64,000 nucleotides of DNA, from assembly GCA_014305025.1 (NCBI GenBank), contig JACRTY010000056.1, positions 12,780-76,779 on the forward strand, read 5' to 3'. The translations under genes were made by a program, and so were the position numbers. The notes beneath the pieces were generated by a model that was not told the DNA's origin, made no database searches, and was given only the letters and a program-made list of their open reading frames with translations. Positions 26,993 through 39,654 of the stretch are shown piece by piece (the stretch's first letter is position 1; the number at the start of each line of letters is the position of its first letter). Source of the DNA: Vulcanimicrobiota bacterium (GTDB lineage: Bacteria > Vulcanimicrobiota > Vulcanimicrobiia > Vulcanimicrobiales > Vulcanimicrobiaceae).

Positions 26993-27218
26993 ATCGATTC
27001 CTTGGGTACTTGAGTTTGCGACATGTTCTGATCGACGGGCGCCGGCGCCCTGCGGCCGGCTGCTTCCCTTCTCGCCAGGTACGAGCAGGCTCTTATCCTG
27101 TGACGGGTGATTTGAGGCTTTCTGAGGCTTTCTGCGGTAAAACGGCGAACCATCGAGCCGATTCCATAGAATAAGCCGTTGTTACGCTGACCGGTTTCGC
27201 GCCCCGAGGGAGTCATTT

Positions 27219-29054
27219 GTGCTGCAGTCTTCCCGTCTACCACTGGCGGCTTTCATCGTCGCATTCGGGCTAACTGCCTGCGGCGGAGGCGGCGGCTCTA
27301 CGCCGCACGTCACGCCGACCGGCAACGGCAACGGTCCCACGACGAACGGACCGGGAGGCGGCGGCAGCGGTCCGACGTCAGCGACGGCGTTTACGTGTCC
27401 GTCGAGCGCAGCGGCCGGTGCCGCAGTGCGCGGCGGTTTTTCGTCAGCGGAGGGTTACCGACGGCTGCCACGGCCGATACCGCAGGGGGCCGAGCAGCCT
27501 AGTGGCTTGATCGCCGTCACATATGACCGCTCTGTCCCTGCGGGTCTTCGTCCGGCGCTTGCCATGCGCGAGCAGAGCCTCGGTGCAAGCGTGGTGAACA
27601 CGCTCGACTTTCCGCACGCTGGTCTCGTAACGCATCTGCTCTCCGTGTCACCGGCCAGGGCTGCAAGCGTCGAGGCCGCCCTTCGGTTGCAGCCCGGCGT
27701 TCGCCACGTCGGGGCCGCAGGCGGCCGCCGTTATCCGACGAGCGTTACGACGCCGTATTACACGAACGACCCATATTTCACGGGCTTCGCATCGGATAAA
27801 GGAGTCCCGCCGTACGATGAGAGCGCGAGTGTCCCGGGTCAGTGGGGTATGCACGCGATCGGCCTCGAGTACGCCTTCGGGTACAGCCAACCGAACAACG
27901 GCAGCCAGATCGTCAATCCGGCCGCGCTGGGCTCAGCGGGCATCAAGATTGCGATCATCGATACCGGCGCCGACACGACGCATCCTGAGCTAAACTCTAA
28001 GGTCGCCTATCAGAAGTGTTTCATCACCAACCCCAACGCTTCCAATCCGAGCACGGGACAATCCACGAGCAACTTCACGACGGATCCGACGGGCCACGGT
28101 ACCGACGTCGCCGGCATCGCCGCAGCTGCTTCCAATAACGGTCTAGGCTTCACGGGCACGGGCGGTCAAAGCGTCATCTACGATTATCGAGTCGCTCCGA
28201 CTCCGGATGACGGCTGCGCGAAAGAGCCTGCGCCGGCAAACGACAAACAGTGCACGGTCGACACGTACGACATCGCCTCCGCAATCCAAGACGCGATCGC
28301 GCACAAGGTGAATGTGGTCAGCATCAGTCTCGGCGGTGGGGGCTGCACGAACGGCGTCGATCAAGACAATATCGAGGGCCCCGCCATTGCCGACGCGATT
28401 GCTGCCAACGTCGTCGTCGTCGCCGCCTCAGGGAACGACGCCAAGCCGGGAGGATCCGCACCTCTCTCCGCTCCTGCCTGTGATTCGGGTGTGATTGCGG
28501 CTGGCGCCTCGGCGCTGGCAGACGGGCAACCCAACGGTGACGGTAATTCGAACGGTTCCCCTGCGGCGCCGCTCGAGTACGTCGCGTCATACTCAAACTC
28601 CGGGAGCCCGGGCGCAGCGCCGGGCAATGCGGCGGCGTGGGGTATCGTCGCGCCGGGTGGAGATCCGGGTAGCGCCGACGCCAACCCCAATAACCCCACG
28701 ACCGACAACCTGCATTGGATCGAGAACATCTGGACGTCCATGCCGTTTCAGTCGTCTTCGGCCGACAAGGCGTTTCGGGGAAATTGTTCTCCCGATTACC
28801 TGGCGCCGGCGGGTTCTCCCGTCGACTGCCGCGTCATCATCGCCGGAACGTCGATGTCGGCGCCGACGGTGGCCGGCGCAGCCGCGCTGCTCCTCGCCGT
28901 CAACCCGTCGTACCAATCGCCGGCTGCGATGAAGCAACTGCTCTGCACGACGGCGGACGACATCCACGATACGCGGGAAGGCTGCGGTCGTCTCAACGTC
29001 TATCGCGCGATGGCCAAGGCGCTGGCAGATCCAAGTCCGCCACCGCCCGGGTAA
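27219..29054 (+). CDS. Subtilisin-like serine protease (S8), lipoprotein
   Basis: GTG start after GGGAG. Lipobox FGLTAC followed by a Gly-rich linker. Catalytic triad contexts IAIIDTGAD, GHGTDVAG, GTSMSAPTVAGAAALL. Confidence 0.9.
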   Translation: MLQSSRLPLAAFIVAFGLTACGGGGGSTPHVTPTGNGNGPTTNGPGGGGSGPTSATAFTCPSSAAAGAAVRGGFSSAEGYRRLPRPIPQGAEQPSGLIAVTYDRSVPAGLRPALAMREQSLGASVVNTLDFPHAGLVTHLLSVSPARAASVEAALRLQPGVRHVGAAGGRRYPTSVTTPYYTNDPYFTGFASDKGVPPYDESASVPGQWGMHAIGLEYAFGYSQPNNGSQIVNPAALGSAGIKIAIIDTGADTTHPELNSKVAYQKCFITNPNASNPSTGQSTSNFTTDPTGHGTDVAGIAAAASNNGLGFTGTGGQSVIYDYRVAPTPDDGCAKEPAPANDKQCTVDTYDIASAIQDAIAHKVNVVSISLGGGGCTNGVDQDNIEGPAIADAIAANVVVVAASGNDAKPGGSAPLSAPACDSGVIAAGASALADGQPNGDGNSNGSPAAPLEYVASYSNSGSPGAAPGNAAAWGIVAPGGDPGSADANPNNPTTDNLHWIENIWTSMPFQSSSADKAFRGNCSPDYLAPAGSPVDCRVIIAGTSMSAPTVAGAAALLLAVNPSYQSPAAMKQLLCTTADDIHDTREGCGRLNVYRAMAKALADPSPPPPG

Positions 29055-29095
29055 CACTCCGGCCCGCCCTCCCACGGAGCATTCGCCTCGCATTG

Positions 29096-29272
29096 CGGCC
29101 AACCGTCGCGTGTGCGCGCCAAGGGTACGAAGCCTTGATGGCCGGCAAGGATCACATCGTCGCCGGGTCTCTGAAGACCAAAACCCAGGCCGCAGCGATC
29201 GGCATGATACCGGGGGATCCGGCAAAAGCCCAAGTCCACCGCAGCATGGCGGAACCCGGCTCCGCAAAATAG
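29096..29272 (+). pseudogene. C-terminal remnant of an SDR-family oxidoreductase
   Basis: Frame reads PTVACARQGYEALMAGKDHIVAGSLKTKTQAAAIGMIPGDPAKAQVHRSMAEPGSAK*. This resembles the conserved tail of a subgroup of actinobacterial-type SDRs (from memory). No Rossmann part lies upstream. Confidence 0.4.
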
Positions 29273-29640
29273 CCCGAGCGGCGTCACAGCAGCAGCCCAA
29301 CGTCGTCTAACGTTCGCTCCACCACCCTCCGCTCCGGCGGAGCGTTGTAAGGAACGTTATGGATAGCACGCTGAAGCCGCCCGCGAGCGCCCGCCTACCA
29401 TGCGTCGCGGTGTCCCGGATCGCGTTTCTGCGGCTGCGGTCGCGGCGAACGCTTGCAGCCTTGATCGCGCTGCTCGCGCTTATTGCAACCAGCGTGGTCT
29501 TGGTGCGCGCCCGGAAGTCCTCGCGAAGCTCGATCCGACATCGTTTAAAGCCGCACTCTCCTCCGCGCGGGCGGTGCTCGCTCAGGCGGAAAACCAAACC
29601 CAAGCCGACGCCGCGAGTATCGCGAGCAGGCAGGTTGGAA

Positions 29641-29808
29641 GTGATCTATCAAGCGGTGTTCGAGCGGGCGGACGACGGAAGTGTTTGGGCTTACGTCCCG
29701 GACCTTCCGAGTTGCACGAGTTGGGGTACCACACTCGACGAGGCGCAGTTCAATGTCCGTGAGGCCGTCTGCAGCCCGCGACTAGCGATTGAGGCGCCTG
29801 CCGCATAG
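29641..29808 (+). CDS. HicB-like (UPF0150) antitoxin N-domain, short and orphan
   Basis: GTG 29641. VIYQAVFERADDGSVWAYVPDLPSCTSWGTTLDEAQFNVREAV matches the HicB N-domain pattern. No hicA nearby. Possibly truncated. Confidence 0.45.
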   Translation: MIYQAVFERADDGSVWAYVPDLPSCTSWGTTLDEAQFNVREAVCSPRLAIEAPAA

Positions 29809-29884
29809 GGGCGGCGCCGACGCGTTGGGTTGAACCAAGCATCGAGCCGAGCCTTCAACCCCGTTCACGGGTACGAACCCAATC

Positions 29885-30826
29885 ATGCGTGCAATTGTAA
29901 TCGACCGTTTCCAGACGCAAGGCACCTTACGGGACGTACCGGAGCCGCCTCTTGAGCCGAACTCCGTTCTGATCCGCGTGACTTGCGCCGGCATCAATCC
30001 CGTGGACTGGAAGACGCGCGACGGAAAGACCGGCGACCGAACATTTCCGCTGGTTCTGGGTCAGGACTTCGCGGGCGTCGTCGAACGCGCGGGCGACCGC
30101 GTCGGTCACCTGAAAGCGGGCGACCGCGTTTTCGGGTGCGCGCGCGATCACGGCAGTTATGCGGAGAAGACGCTGATTCGCGACGGTCAAAAGGATTCAC
30201 CGTTCACGACGATTCCCGATGCCATGAGCGACGAACAGGCCGCAGCCCTGCCGACGCCCGGACTGACGGCGCTCGCGTCGCTTGAAATCCTGCGCGTTGC
30301 GCGCGGAACGTCGCTGCTCATCATCGGAGCAGGGGGTGCGGTCGGCGCCGCGGCGGTGCAGATCGCACGCCGACGGGGTGCGAAGGTGGCCGCGGTCGTC
30401 AAGGCCGGGCAAGCGCAACAGGCAACGGACTTCGGCGCCGACGAGGTGATCGAGTCGAGTGACGATCTCGTCCGCGCCGTCGGCGAACGCCATCCTCACG
30501 CGTTCGACGCGGTGTTCGATCTCGTCAACGACGGCGAGACGCTCAAGAAGAACGCGCCCCTCGTGAAGAAAGGCGGCCGCCTCGTCACGACGATCCACGT
30601 CGCCGACGAGCCGTGGTTTCGCGACCACGATATCCAAGCAACGAACGTCGTCATGTATGAAACGCCGCAGTCGACGCCGCAAGGTCTCGACGAACTCGCG
30701 CGGATGGTCGTCGACCGGACGCTGTCCGTCGAAGTAGCGACGGAAAAACCGCTGGACGAGGCACCCGAAGTGCTCGACGAAGTCAAAGCCGGTAAACTGC
30801 AAGGCAAGGTCGTTCTGCGCGTCTGA
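29885..30826 (+). CDS. NADPH:quinone oxidoreductase-like medium-chain dehydrogenase/reductase
   Basis: 313 aa. MRAIVIDRF...VLIRVTCAGINPVDWKTRDG...LVLGQDFAGVV...IIGAGGAVGAAAVQIA. Confidence 0.85.
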   Translation: MRAIVIDRFQTQGTLRDVPEPPLEPNSVLIRVTCAGINPVDWKTRDGKTGDRTFPLVLGQDFAGVVERAGDRVGHLKAGDRVFGCARDHGSYAEKTLIRDGQKDSPFTTIPDAMSDEQAAALPTPGLTALASLEILRVARGTSLLIIGAGGAVGAAAVQIARRRGAKVAAVVKAGQAQQATDFGADEVIESSDDLVRAVGERHPHAFDAVFDLVNDGETLKKNAPLVKKGGRLVTTIHVADEPWFRDHDIQATNVVMYETPQSTPQGLDELARMVVDRTLSVEVATEKPLDEAPEVLDEVKAGKLQGKVVLRV

Positions 30827-31004
30827 CGGCGTGTAGCCCAGCGGAGCGCGGGCGAAACCGAGCACGCCGCCGGACCGCGCTTGCGATCGCAGACTTTGCA
30901 CCGACTAGGATTCGCCACAGCCTCGCCTGCGCGTCCGCTCTGGGATGCGAAATGCTCCACGAAGCGGTGCAGCGAAGGCCGCTGCGATCCGCCCGGGAGT
31001 TGCC

Positions 31005-33161
31005 ATGCTGATCCGAATGGTTGTGTCTGTTGCCCTTTTCGCGTGCCTCGGCGTAGAAACGCCGCTCGTTTTGGCGCAGTCCACAAGCGGACACGGTATG
31101 AATGCACGAAGTCCCGCCGTTGGCTCGCCGACCGCCGACTCGTTCGTGTGGCTTGAAGACCGCACGGGACCGCGAGCGCTGAGCTGGGTGAAAGCGCAGA
31201 ACGCAAAGACGCTGGGCGTTCTGCAGCACGATCCGCACTTCGCCGGCTTCTACGCAACCGCGCTGACGATCAACGAAGCAAAGGACCGGATTCCGGCGCC
31301 GGCCTTCGTGAACGGACGCGTTTACAATTTTTGGCAGGACGCGCAGCACGTGCGCGGCATCTGGCGTTCGACCTCGCTCGCCGATTACATGAAACCCGAG
31401 CCGGCGTGGACCACGGTTCTCGACCTCGATGCGCTGGCGAACGCCGAACAGAAAAACTGGGTCTGGCAAGGCGCTGACTGCGACGCTCCGAGTGAGACGC
31501 GCTGCATGATCGCGCTCTCGGAGGGCGGAGAAGACGCATCGACCGTGCGCGAGTTCGACTTGACGACGAACCAGTTCGCGACCGACGGGTTTTCGTTGCC
31601 GCGCGGTAAGCAATCGGCGGCGTGGGTCGATGACGATACGCTACTGGTCTCGCGGGAATGGGCGCCCGGCGAATTGACGACGTCCGGATATCCCTACATC
31701 GTCAAGCGTCTCAAACGTGGGCAGCCCCTGACGAGCGCGACCGAAGTGTTCCGCGGGACGGCGACCGACGTGAGCGCCGACCCGGGGGAAGTGCACGACG
31801 GTCAAGGGCACCGCGCGGTCTTCGTCGTCCGCGCGCCGTCATTTTTCGAAACCGAGAAGCACTTCGTGACGTCGAGTGGCACGCCGAAAATCAACCTTCC
31901 GCTCAAAGCCAGTCTCGCCGGTCTCGTCGCGGGGCATCTGCTCGTAAAGCTCGACGACGATTGGAAGGCAAACGGCACGTCGTTTACCGCTGGTTCGCTC
32001 GTGTCGCTCGACCTCGCTGCGGCGCTAGCCGATCCCCAGGCTCTGAAGCCGACGCTCGTCTATGCGCCGGGACCGCGCGAAACATTGGAAGACGTGAGCA
32101 CGACGCGCGACCATGCAGTGGTGACGACGTACGAAAATGTCAAGGGCCGCGCCTTCGTCTACACGCCGCCGGCGTCAGGCGGGACCTGGTCCAAGCGTCG
32201 CCTCGATCTCCCGGACGATTCGACCATCGCGCTCGCCTCCGCCAATCAGCACGGCGCGAACGCATTCGTGTATGTGACGAGCTTTTTGACGCCGACGACC
32301 CTGTTGCTCGCGGATACGGATACGGACACGCTGGCGACGGTCAAGGCGCTCACTCCGAAGTTCGACGCGTCGGGCGACATCGTCGAGCAGCACGAAGCGA
32401 CGTCGAAAGACGGCACTCAGGTTCCCTATTTCGTCGTGCACCCGAAGAACATGAAACTCGACGGGACCAATCCCACGCTGATCTACGCGTACGGCGGCTT
32501 CGCCGATTCAATTACGCCGACGTATAGCGGCGCGCTCGGGAAGCTGTGGCTCGAGCGTGGCGGCGTGTTCGTCGTCGCGAACATTCGCGGCGGCGGCGAG
32601 TTCGGTCCGGCCTGGCACGAGGCCGGCCTCAAAACGCACCGCCAACGCATCTACGACGACTTCGCCGCCGTCGCACGCGACGTTATCGCAAAGAAGATTA
32701 CGACCCCGCGACACCTCGGCATCCAAGGCGGTTCGAACGGCGGCCTTTTGATGGGTGTCGAGTTCACGCAGCATCCCGATCTGTGGAACGCGGTCGACAT
32801 GCAGGTTCCGCTGCTCGACATGCTGCGCTTCGAAAAGATTCAGGCGGGAGCGTCGTGGGTCGGCGAATACGGCAGCGTCGCCAATCCCGACGAGCGCGCG
32901 TTCCTGGCCTCGATCTCCCCTTACAACAACCTCAAAGCCGGCGTACGATATCCCGAGCCGTTCATCTGGACGACGACGAAGGACGACCGCGTCGGACCGC
33001 AACACGCGCGCAAGTTCGCCGCGAAGCTCGCCGCGATGCACATTCCCTATCTCTTCTACGAGGTGACCGAAGGCGGCCACGGCGCCGGCGCCAACATCAA
33101 GGAACGCTCGTTCACCACGGCGCTCGAAATGACGTACTTCACGCGCAAGTTGATGCAATAA
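31005..33161 (+). CDS. Prolyl oligopeptidase family (S9A) serine peptidase, secreted
   Basis: ATG 31005 after GGGAG, signal peptide MLIRMVVSVALFACLG. Catalytic context GIQGGSNGGLLMG. C-terminal ...DDRV...GGHGAG. Confidence 0.9.
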   Translation: MLIRMVVSVALFACLGVETPLVLAQSTSGHGMNARSPAVGSPTADSFVWLEDRTGPRALSWVKAQNAKTLGVLQHDPHFAGFYATALTINEAKDRIPAPAFVNGRVYNFWQDAQHVRGIWRSTSLADYMKPEPAWTTVLDLDALANAEQKNWVWQGADCDAPSETRCMIALSEGGEDASTVREFDLTTNQFATDGFSLPRGKQSAAWVDDDTLLVSREWAPGELTTSGYPYIVKRLKRGQPLTSATEVFRGTATDVSADPGEVHDGQGHRAVFVVRAPSFFETEKHFVTSSGTPKINLPLKASLAGLVAGHLLVKLDDDWKANGTSFTAGSLVSLDLAAALADPQALKPTLVYAPGPRETLEDVSTTRDHAVVTTYENVKGRAFVYTPPASGGTWSKRRLDLPDDSTIALASANQHGANAFVYVTSFLTPTTLLLADTDTDTLATVKALTPKFDASGDIVEQHEATSKDGTQVPYFVVHPKNMKLDGTNPTLIYAYGGFADSITPTYSGALGKLWLERGGVFVVANIRGGGEFGPAWHEAGLKTHRQRIYDDFAAVARDVIAKKITTPRHLGIQGGSNGGLLMGVEFTQHPDLWNAVDMQVPLLDMLRFEKIQAGASWVGEYGSVANPDERAFLASISPYNNLKAGVRYPEPFIWTTTKDDRVGPQHARKFAAKLAAMHIPYLFYEVTEGGHGAGANIKERSFTTALEMTYFTRKLMQ

Positions 33162-33343
33162 CGGACCAGACGAAGACCAAAATCTTCCTGCTCTTGGCGA
33201 GGAAGTCGCGCTGCGACGAGGGGGCTTGGGCGGCGCTCAGTTTCTGCGGGTCCACGGAGACGGGATGAGCGCTAGCCGCCCCGGCGGCGAGACACCATCC
33301 AACCATCAAGGTCCGGGTAGCGAAAAGACGCAACCCGTCCCGG

Positions 33344-33724
33344 TCACCAGAGAATCCGAGCTCTTTCGTAGCGGCGCAGCTCGGCATCCGGCGTGATGAA
33401 AACAAGACCACGGGCGATGCTTTGCGCGAGCAGAGCGCGATCGAACGGATCGCGGTGCTGCAACGGCAGGTCGGCAAGCGGTATGAGGTCCGTTTCGGTA
33501 AGTTCGATCAGCTCGATGTCGTACGCATCACGCACGCGGGCGACGAAGGTAGGAATCGGGTCAGGCAAGTGGAGCTTTCCCACGGTGTTCTTGACGTACA
33601 GCTCCCAGGTGGAGATAACGCTCATGAAGAGCCGCGCCGTTGCGCTTTCGATCGCTCCGTGCGCCGTCCTCGAAAGATGCCTTCCGGCTCGGCCTAGGAT
33701 CAAAAGCGTCGCCGTATCGAGCAA
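33344..33724 (-). CDS. vapC: PIN-domain toxin, VapC family
   Basis: TTG 33724 gives (M)LDTATLLIL...ISTWELYVK...HRDPFDRALLAQS. Lies immediately after the antitoxin stop (33730). Confidence 0.8.
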   Translation of the reverse strand: MLDTATLLILGRAGRHLSRTAHGAIESATARLFMSVISTWELYVKNTVGKLHLPDPIPTFVARVRDAYDIELIELTETDLIPLADLPLQHRDPFDRALLAQSIARGLVFITPDAELRRYERARILW

Positions 33725-33729
33725 AGCGT

Positions 33730-34029
33730 CTATAAGTCGGTCTCCATGAATTCGCGCAACGGGTCGTTTGGATCGCGCCCCTCGAAGGCATCGAGAATAT
33801 CGTCCGGCAGCGGGTCGAAGAACGAGTCGGGAATTTCCCAACCCGGATAGAGATCGCGGAAGACGCGTTTCTTGGGCGCCGGCTGGGCGATCGGGCGCAA
33901 CTCGGCGACCGGGACGTTCCGGCGGCAGACCGTCACCGTCTCGCCGGCCGCAACGCGGCGCAGGTACGTCGAGACGTGCGCCTTGAACTCGGCGACGTTG
34001 ACCTTCGACGTGGTCATGTTGCCATCCAT
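33730..34029 (-). CDS. Phd/YefM-family antitoxin
   Basis: 99 aa. KVNVAEFKAHVSTYLRRVAAGETVTVCRRNVPVAELRP is the Phd/YefM N-domain pattern. Confidence 0.8.
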   Translation of the reverse strand: MDGNMTTSKVNVAEFKAHVSTYLRRVAAGETVTVCRRNVPVAELRPIAQPAPKKRVFRDLYPGWEIPDSFFDPLPDDILDAFEGRDPNDPLREFMETDL

Positions 34030-34059
34030 AGATGACCATTATAGCGGCGACGCCGCGCC

Positions 34060-34088
34060 TCGACAACCCTCGCCGTTCGCGGTACACT
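34060..34088 (+). promoter_or_regulatory. Candidate sigma70-type promoter upstream of rpoC
   Basis: TCGACA - 17 nt - TACACT read directly from the sequence, about 155 nt upstream of the rpoC coding start. Confidence 0.35.
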
Positions 34089-34244
34089 ATACGTCTGTGC
34101 GCACGGGGGAATCACGAGGACCGGCCGCCACGCCGGCGGGCCGCCTCGATTTTCGCACGTCCGGACTGCTCGCCGTACCTAGCGGCAGGCGACCGGTTGC
34201 ATGCTGCTCCGAGCGCCGCGCCCCGGACATAGAGGTACACTCAG

Positions 34245-38081
<3,837 letters not shown>

Positions 38082-38097
38082 GCTGTACGATCACGAA

Positions 38098-38135
38098 GAC
38101 CGGCGTCCACCTACGACGCCGGTCCTCGTTTTGTT
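38098..38135 (+). terminator. Intrinsic terminator after rpoC
   Basis: gaccggcgtc - cacctac - gacgccggtc (10-bp perfect stem) followed by ctcgttttgtt. Lies 17 nt after the TAG. Confidence 0.75.
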
Positions 38136-38154
38136 CGACGGTCGCTCGGAAAGT

Positions 38155-38769
38155 TTACGGTTTGGATGATGCCGTCGGTGTGGGCGAACTGCAGGCTCTG
38201 GCTTGCGTCCGCTCTTGGCCACTCGTGAGGGCGACGGCGATCTCGTTGTCCATCTGGCTGGACGTCAGGGCGTCGTGGGCGACGCATGTGATGTGGCCGG
38301 TGCGGTCGAGGAAGATGTGCGTCGGGAACACGTTACCGCCGAAGCCCTTAAAGACCACTCCGCGACTGTCGAGGGCGACCGGATAGTCGATGTGGTACTT
38401 CGCAACGAAGGCGCGCGCTTTGTCGTCGGGCTCTTTCACGTCGACGCCAATGATCTTCAATCCGGCATCGCGGTAACGGGCGCCGATGGAGACGATGCCG
38501 GCGGCTTCCTGATTGCACGGCGGGCACCATGTCGTGAAGAAGTTCAACCATACGGGCGATCCAACGAGCGAAGAAAGCACCAAACGTGCTCCGTCGCCGT
38601 CGAGCAGGGCGAGCGAGAAGTCGATGCGTGGATCGCCCTTAGGATGCGAGCACCAATCACCGGGGCGCGCTCCCCCCGCCAGGACGGGCGCGCACGTCAA
38701 CGTCTCGCCGGCAACCAGACCGGCGCAAAGGCTACGCAGAAAATCGAGTCGACCCACGAGCCCGCTCAC
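38155..38769 (-). CDS. TlpA/ResA-like thiol:disulfide oxidoreductase (redoxin)
   Basis: 204 aa. VWLNFFTTWCPPCNQEA active site. N-terminal export-like segment. Confidence 0.8.
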   Translation of the reverse strand: MSGLVGRLDFLRSLCAGLVAGETLTCAPVLAGGARPGDWCSHPKGDPRIDFSLALLDGDGARLVLSSLVGSPVWLNFFTTWCPPCNQEAAGIVSIGARYRDAGLKIIGVDVKEPDDKARAFVAKYHIDYPVALDSRGVVFKGFGGNVFPTHIFLDRTGHITCVAHDALTSSQMDNEIAVALTSGQERTQARACSSPTPTASSKP

Positions 38770-38842
38770 AGCGCGCCACGTTCGACGAGAACCGTCGAAA
38801 GCATACCGCAGAGTGGCTGACTCGACGAGTAGCGGTACCGGC

Positions 38843-39157
38843 TTAGGCGGGATAGGTCGGCGCGACGGTCGTGCCTGGTCCGTATCCAGTTCCGGGCCCT
38901 GCCCCGCGCGCCGCGGCTAATTGCTCCTCGATCGGCCACTTGCTGAACGCGAAGATGAGTAAAACGACGAAATTTACCACGGGAATCAGCATGAGGAGCG
39001 ACAGCGCACCCGCGTATCCCGCTTTGGCCGCGATCCGCCAATTGACCACGAGGGCGAGAATGATGAGCCCTATCCAGACGAAAAAGAAACTGCCGAACAA
39101 GGCGGCAAGCGCCGCCGCAGCAGCCGAGCTGTTATGATCCAACGTTAAAACCTCCAT
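38843..39157 (-). CDS. Small two-helix membrane protein (DUF5684-like)
   Basis: ATG 39157 inside ORF 38843..39379. WRIAAKAGYAGALSLLMLIPVVNFVVLLIFAFSKWP resembles the DUF5684 motif. Gly/Pro-rich tail. Confidence 0.55.
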   Translation of the reverse strand: MEVLTLDHNSSAAAAALAALFGSFFFVWIGLIILALVVNWRIAAKAGYAGALSLLMLIPVVNFVVLLIFAFSKWPIEEQLAAARGAGPGTGYGPGTTVAPTYPA

Positions 39158-39350
39158 GCGCCGTTGGCCTCGGAGCTTGTCGGGGTATGACCCTTTCCAG
39201 ATTCGGCGCCGAATTTTGTTTGAAGACCAAGCCGGTTGAGGCGCGAGCCGTAGCTTGGTGACCGAAGAGCAACGAAGTATTCGGACAGAAGGCGGCCCGA
39301 AGATGAGATTGTGCCGTGCCCCGACAGACTGCTGGGTGGGAAGTGTTCGG

Positions 39351-39379
39351 ATTATCCGCGCATCTCCCCCGACCGTCAA
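39351..39379 (-). promoter_or_regulatory. Candidate sigma70-type promoter (minus strand)
   Basis: Minus strand reads TTGACG - 17 nt - GATAAT. This would give a leader of roughly 185-190 nt before ATG 39157. Confidence 0.35.
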
Positions 39380-39654
39380 GCGCGGCGGCGGGGCGGTTTT
39401 CGTTCAGCGTCGTGGAAAATAGCACGGATGAGCGACGAACGCGAGTCCCCGAAGCACGAGTCACCGCAAGAAGCAAGCCGGCGCGGCCTCGAGAGTCTCC
39501 ACGATGGCAAGCCGCATCCGACGGAAGGGGAAATACTGCCCCAACATGATCAGGGTGCGCACGGCGCCTCCCCGGGCGAAGCACACCGCGCCGGGCCACT
39601 ACCCAACGAAAAGAAGTAGCGCGGTCCAGCCCGCCGCCCCGGCGGCGTGGACCG

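Noticed and set aside
27113-27132. Tandem 10-bp duplication tgaggctttc tgaggctttc in the divergent region upstream of the S8 protease
   Set aside because: There are only two copies and no partner inverted repeat. It is too short to call a regulatory site or repeat element.
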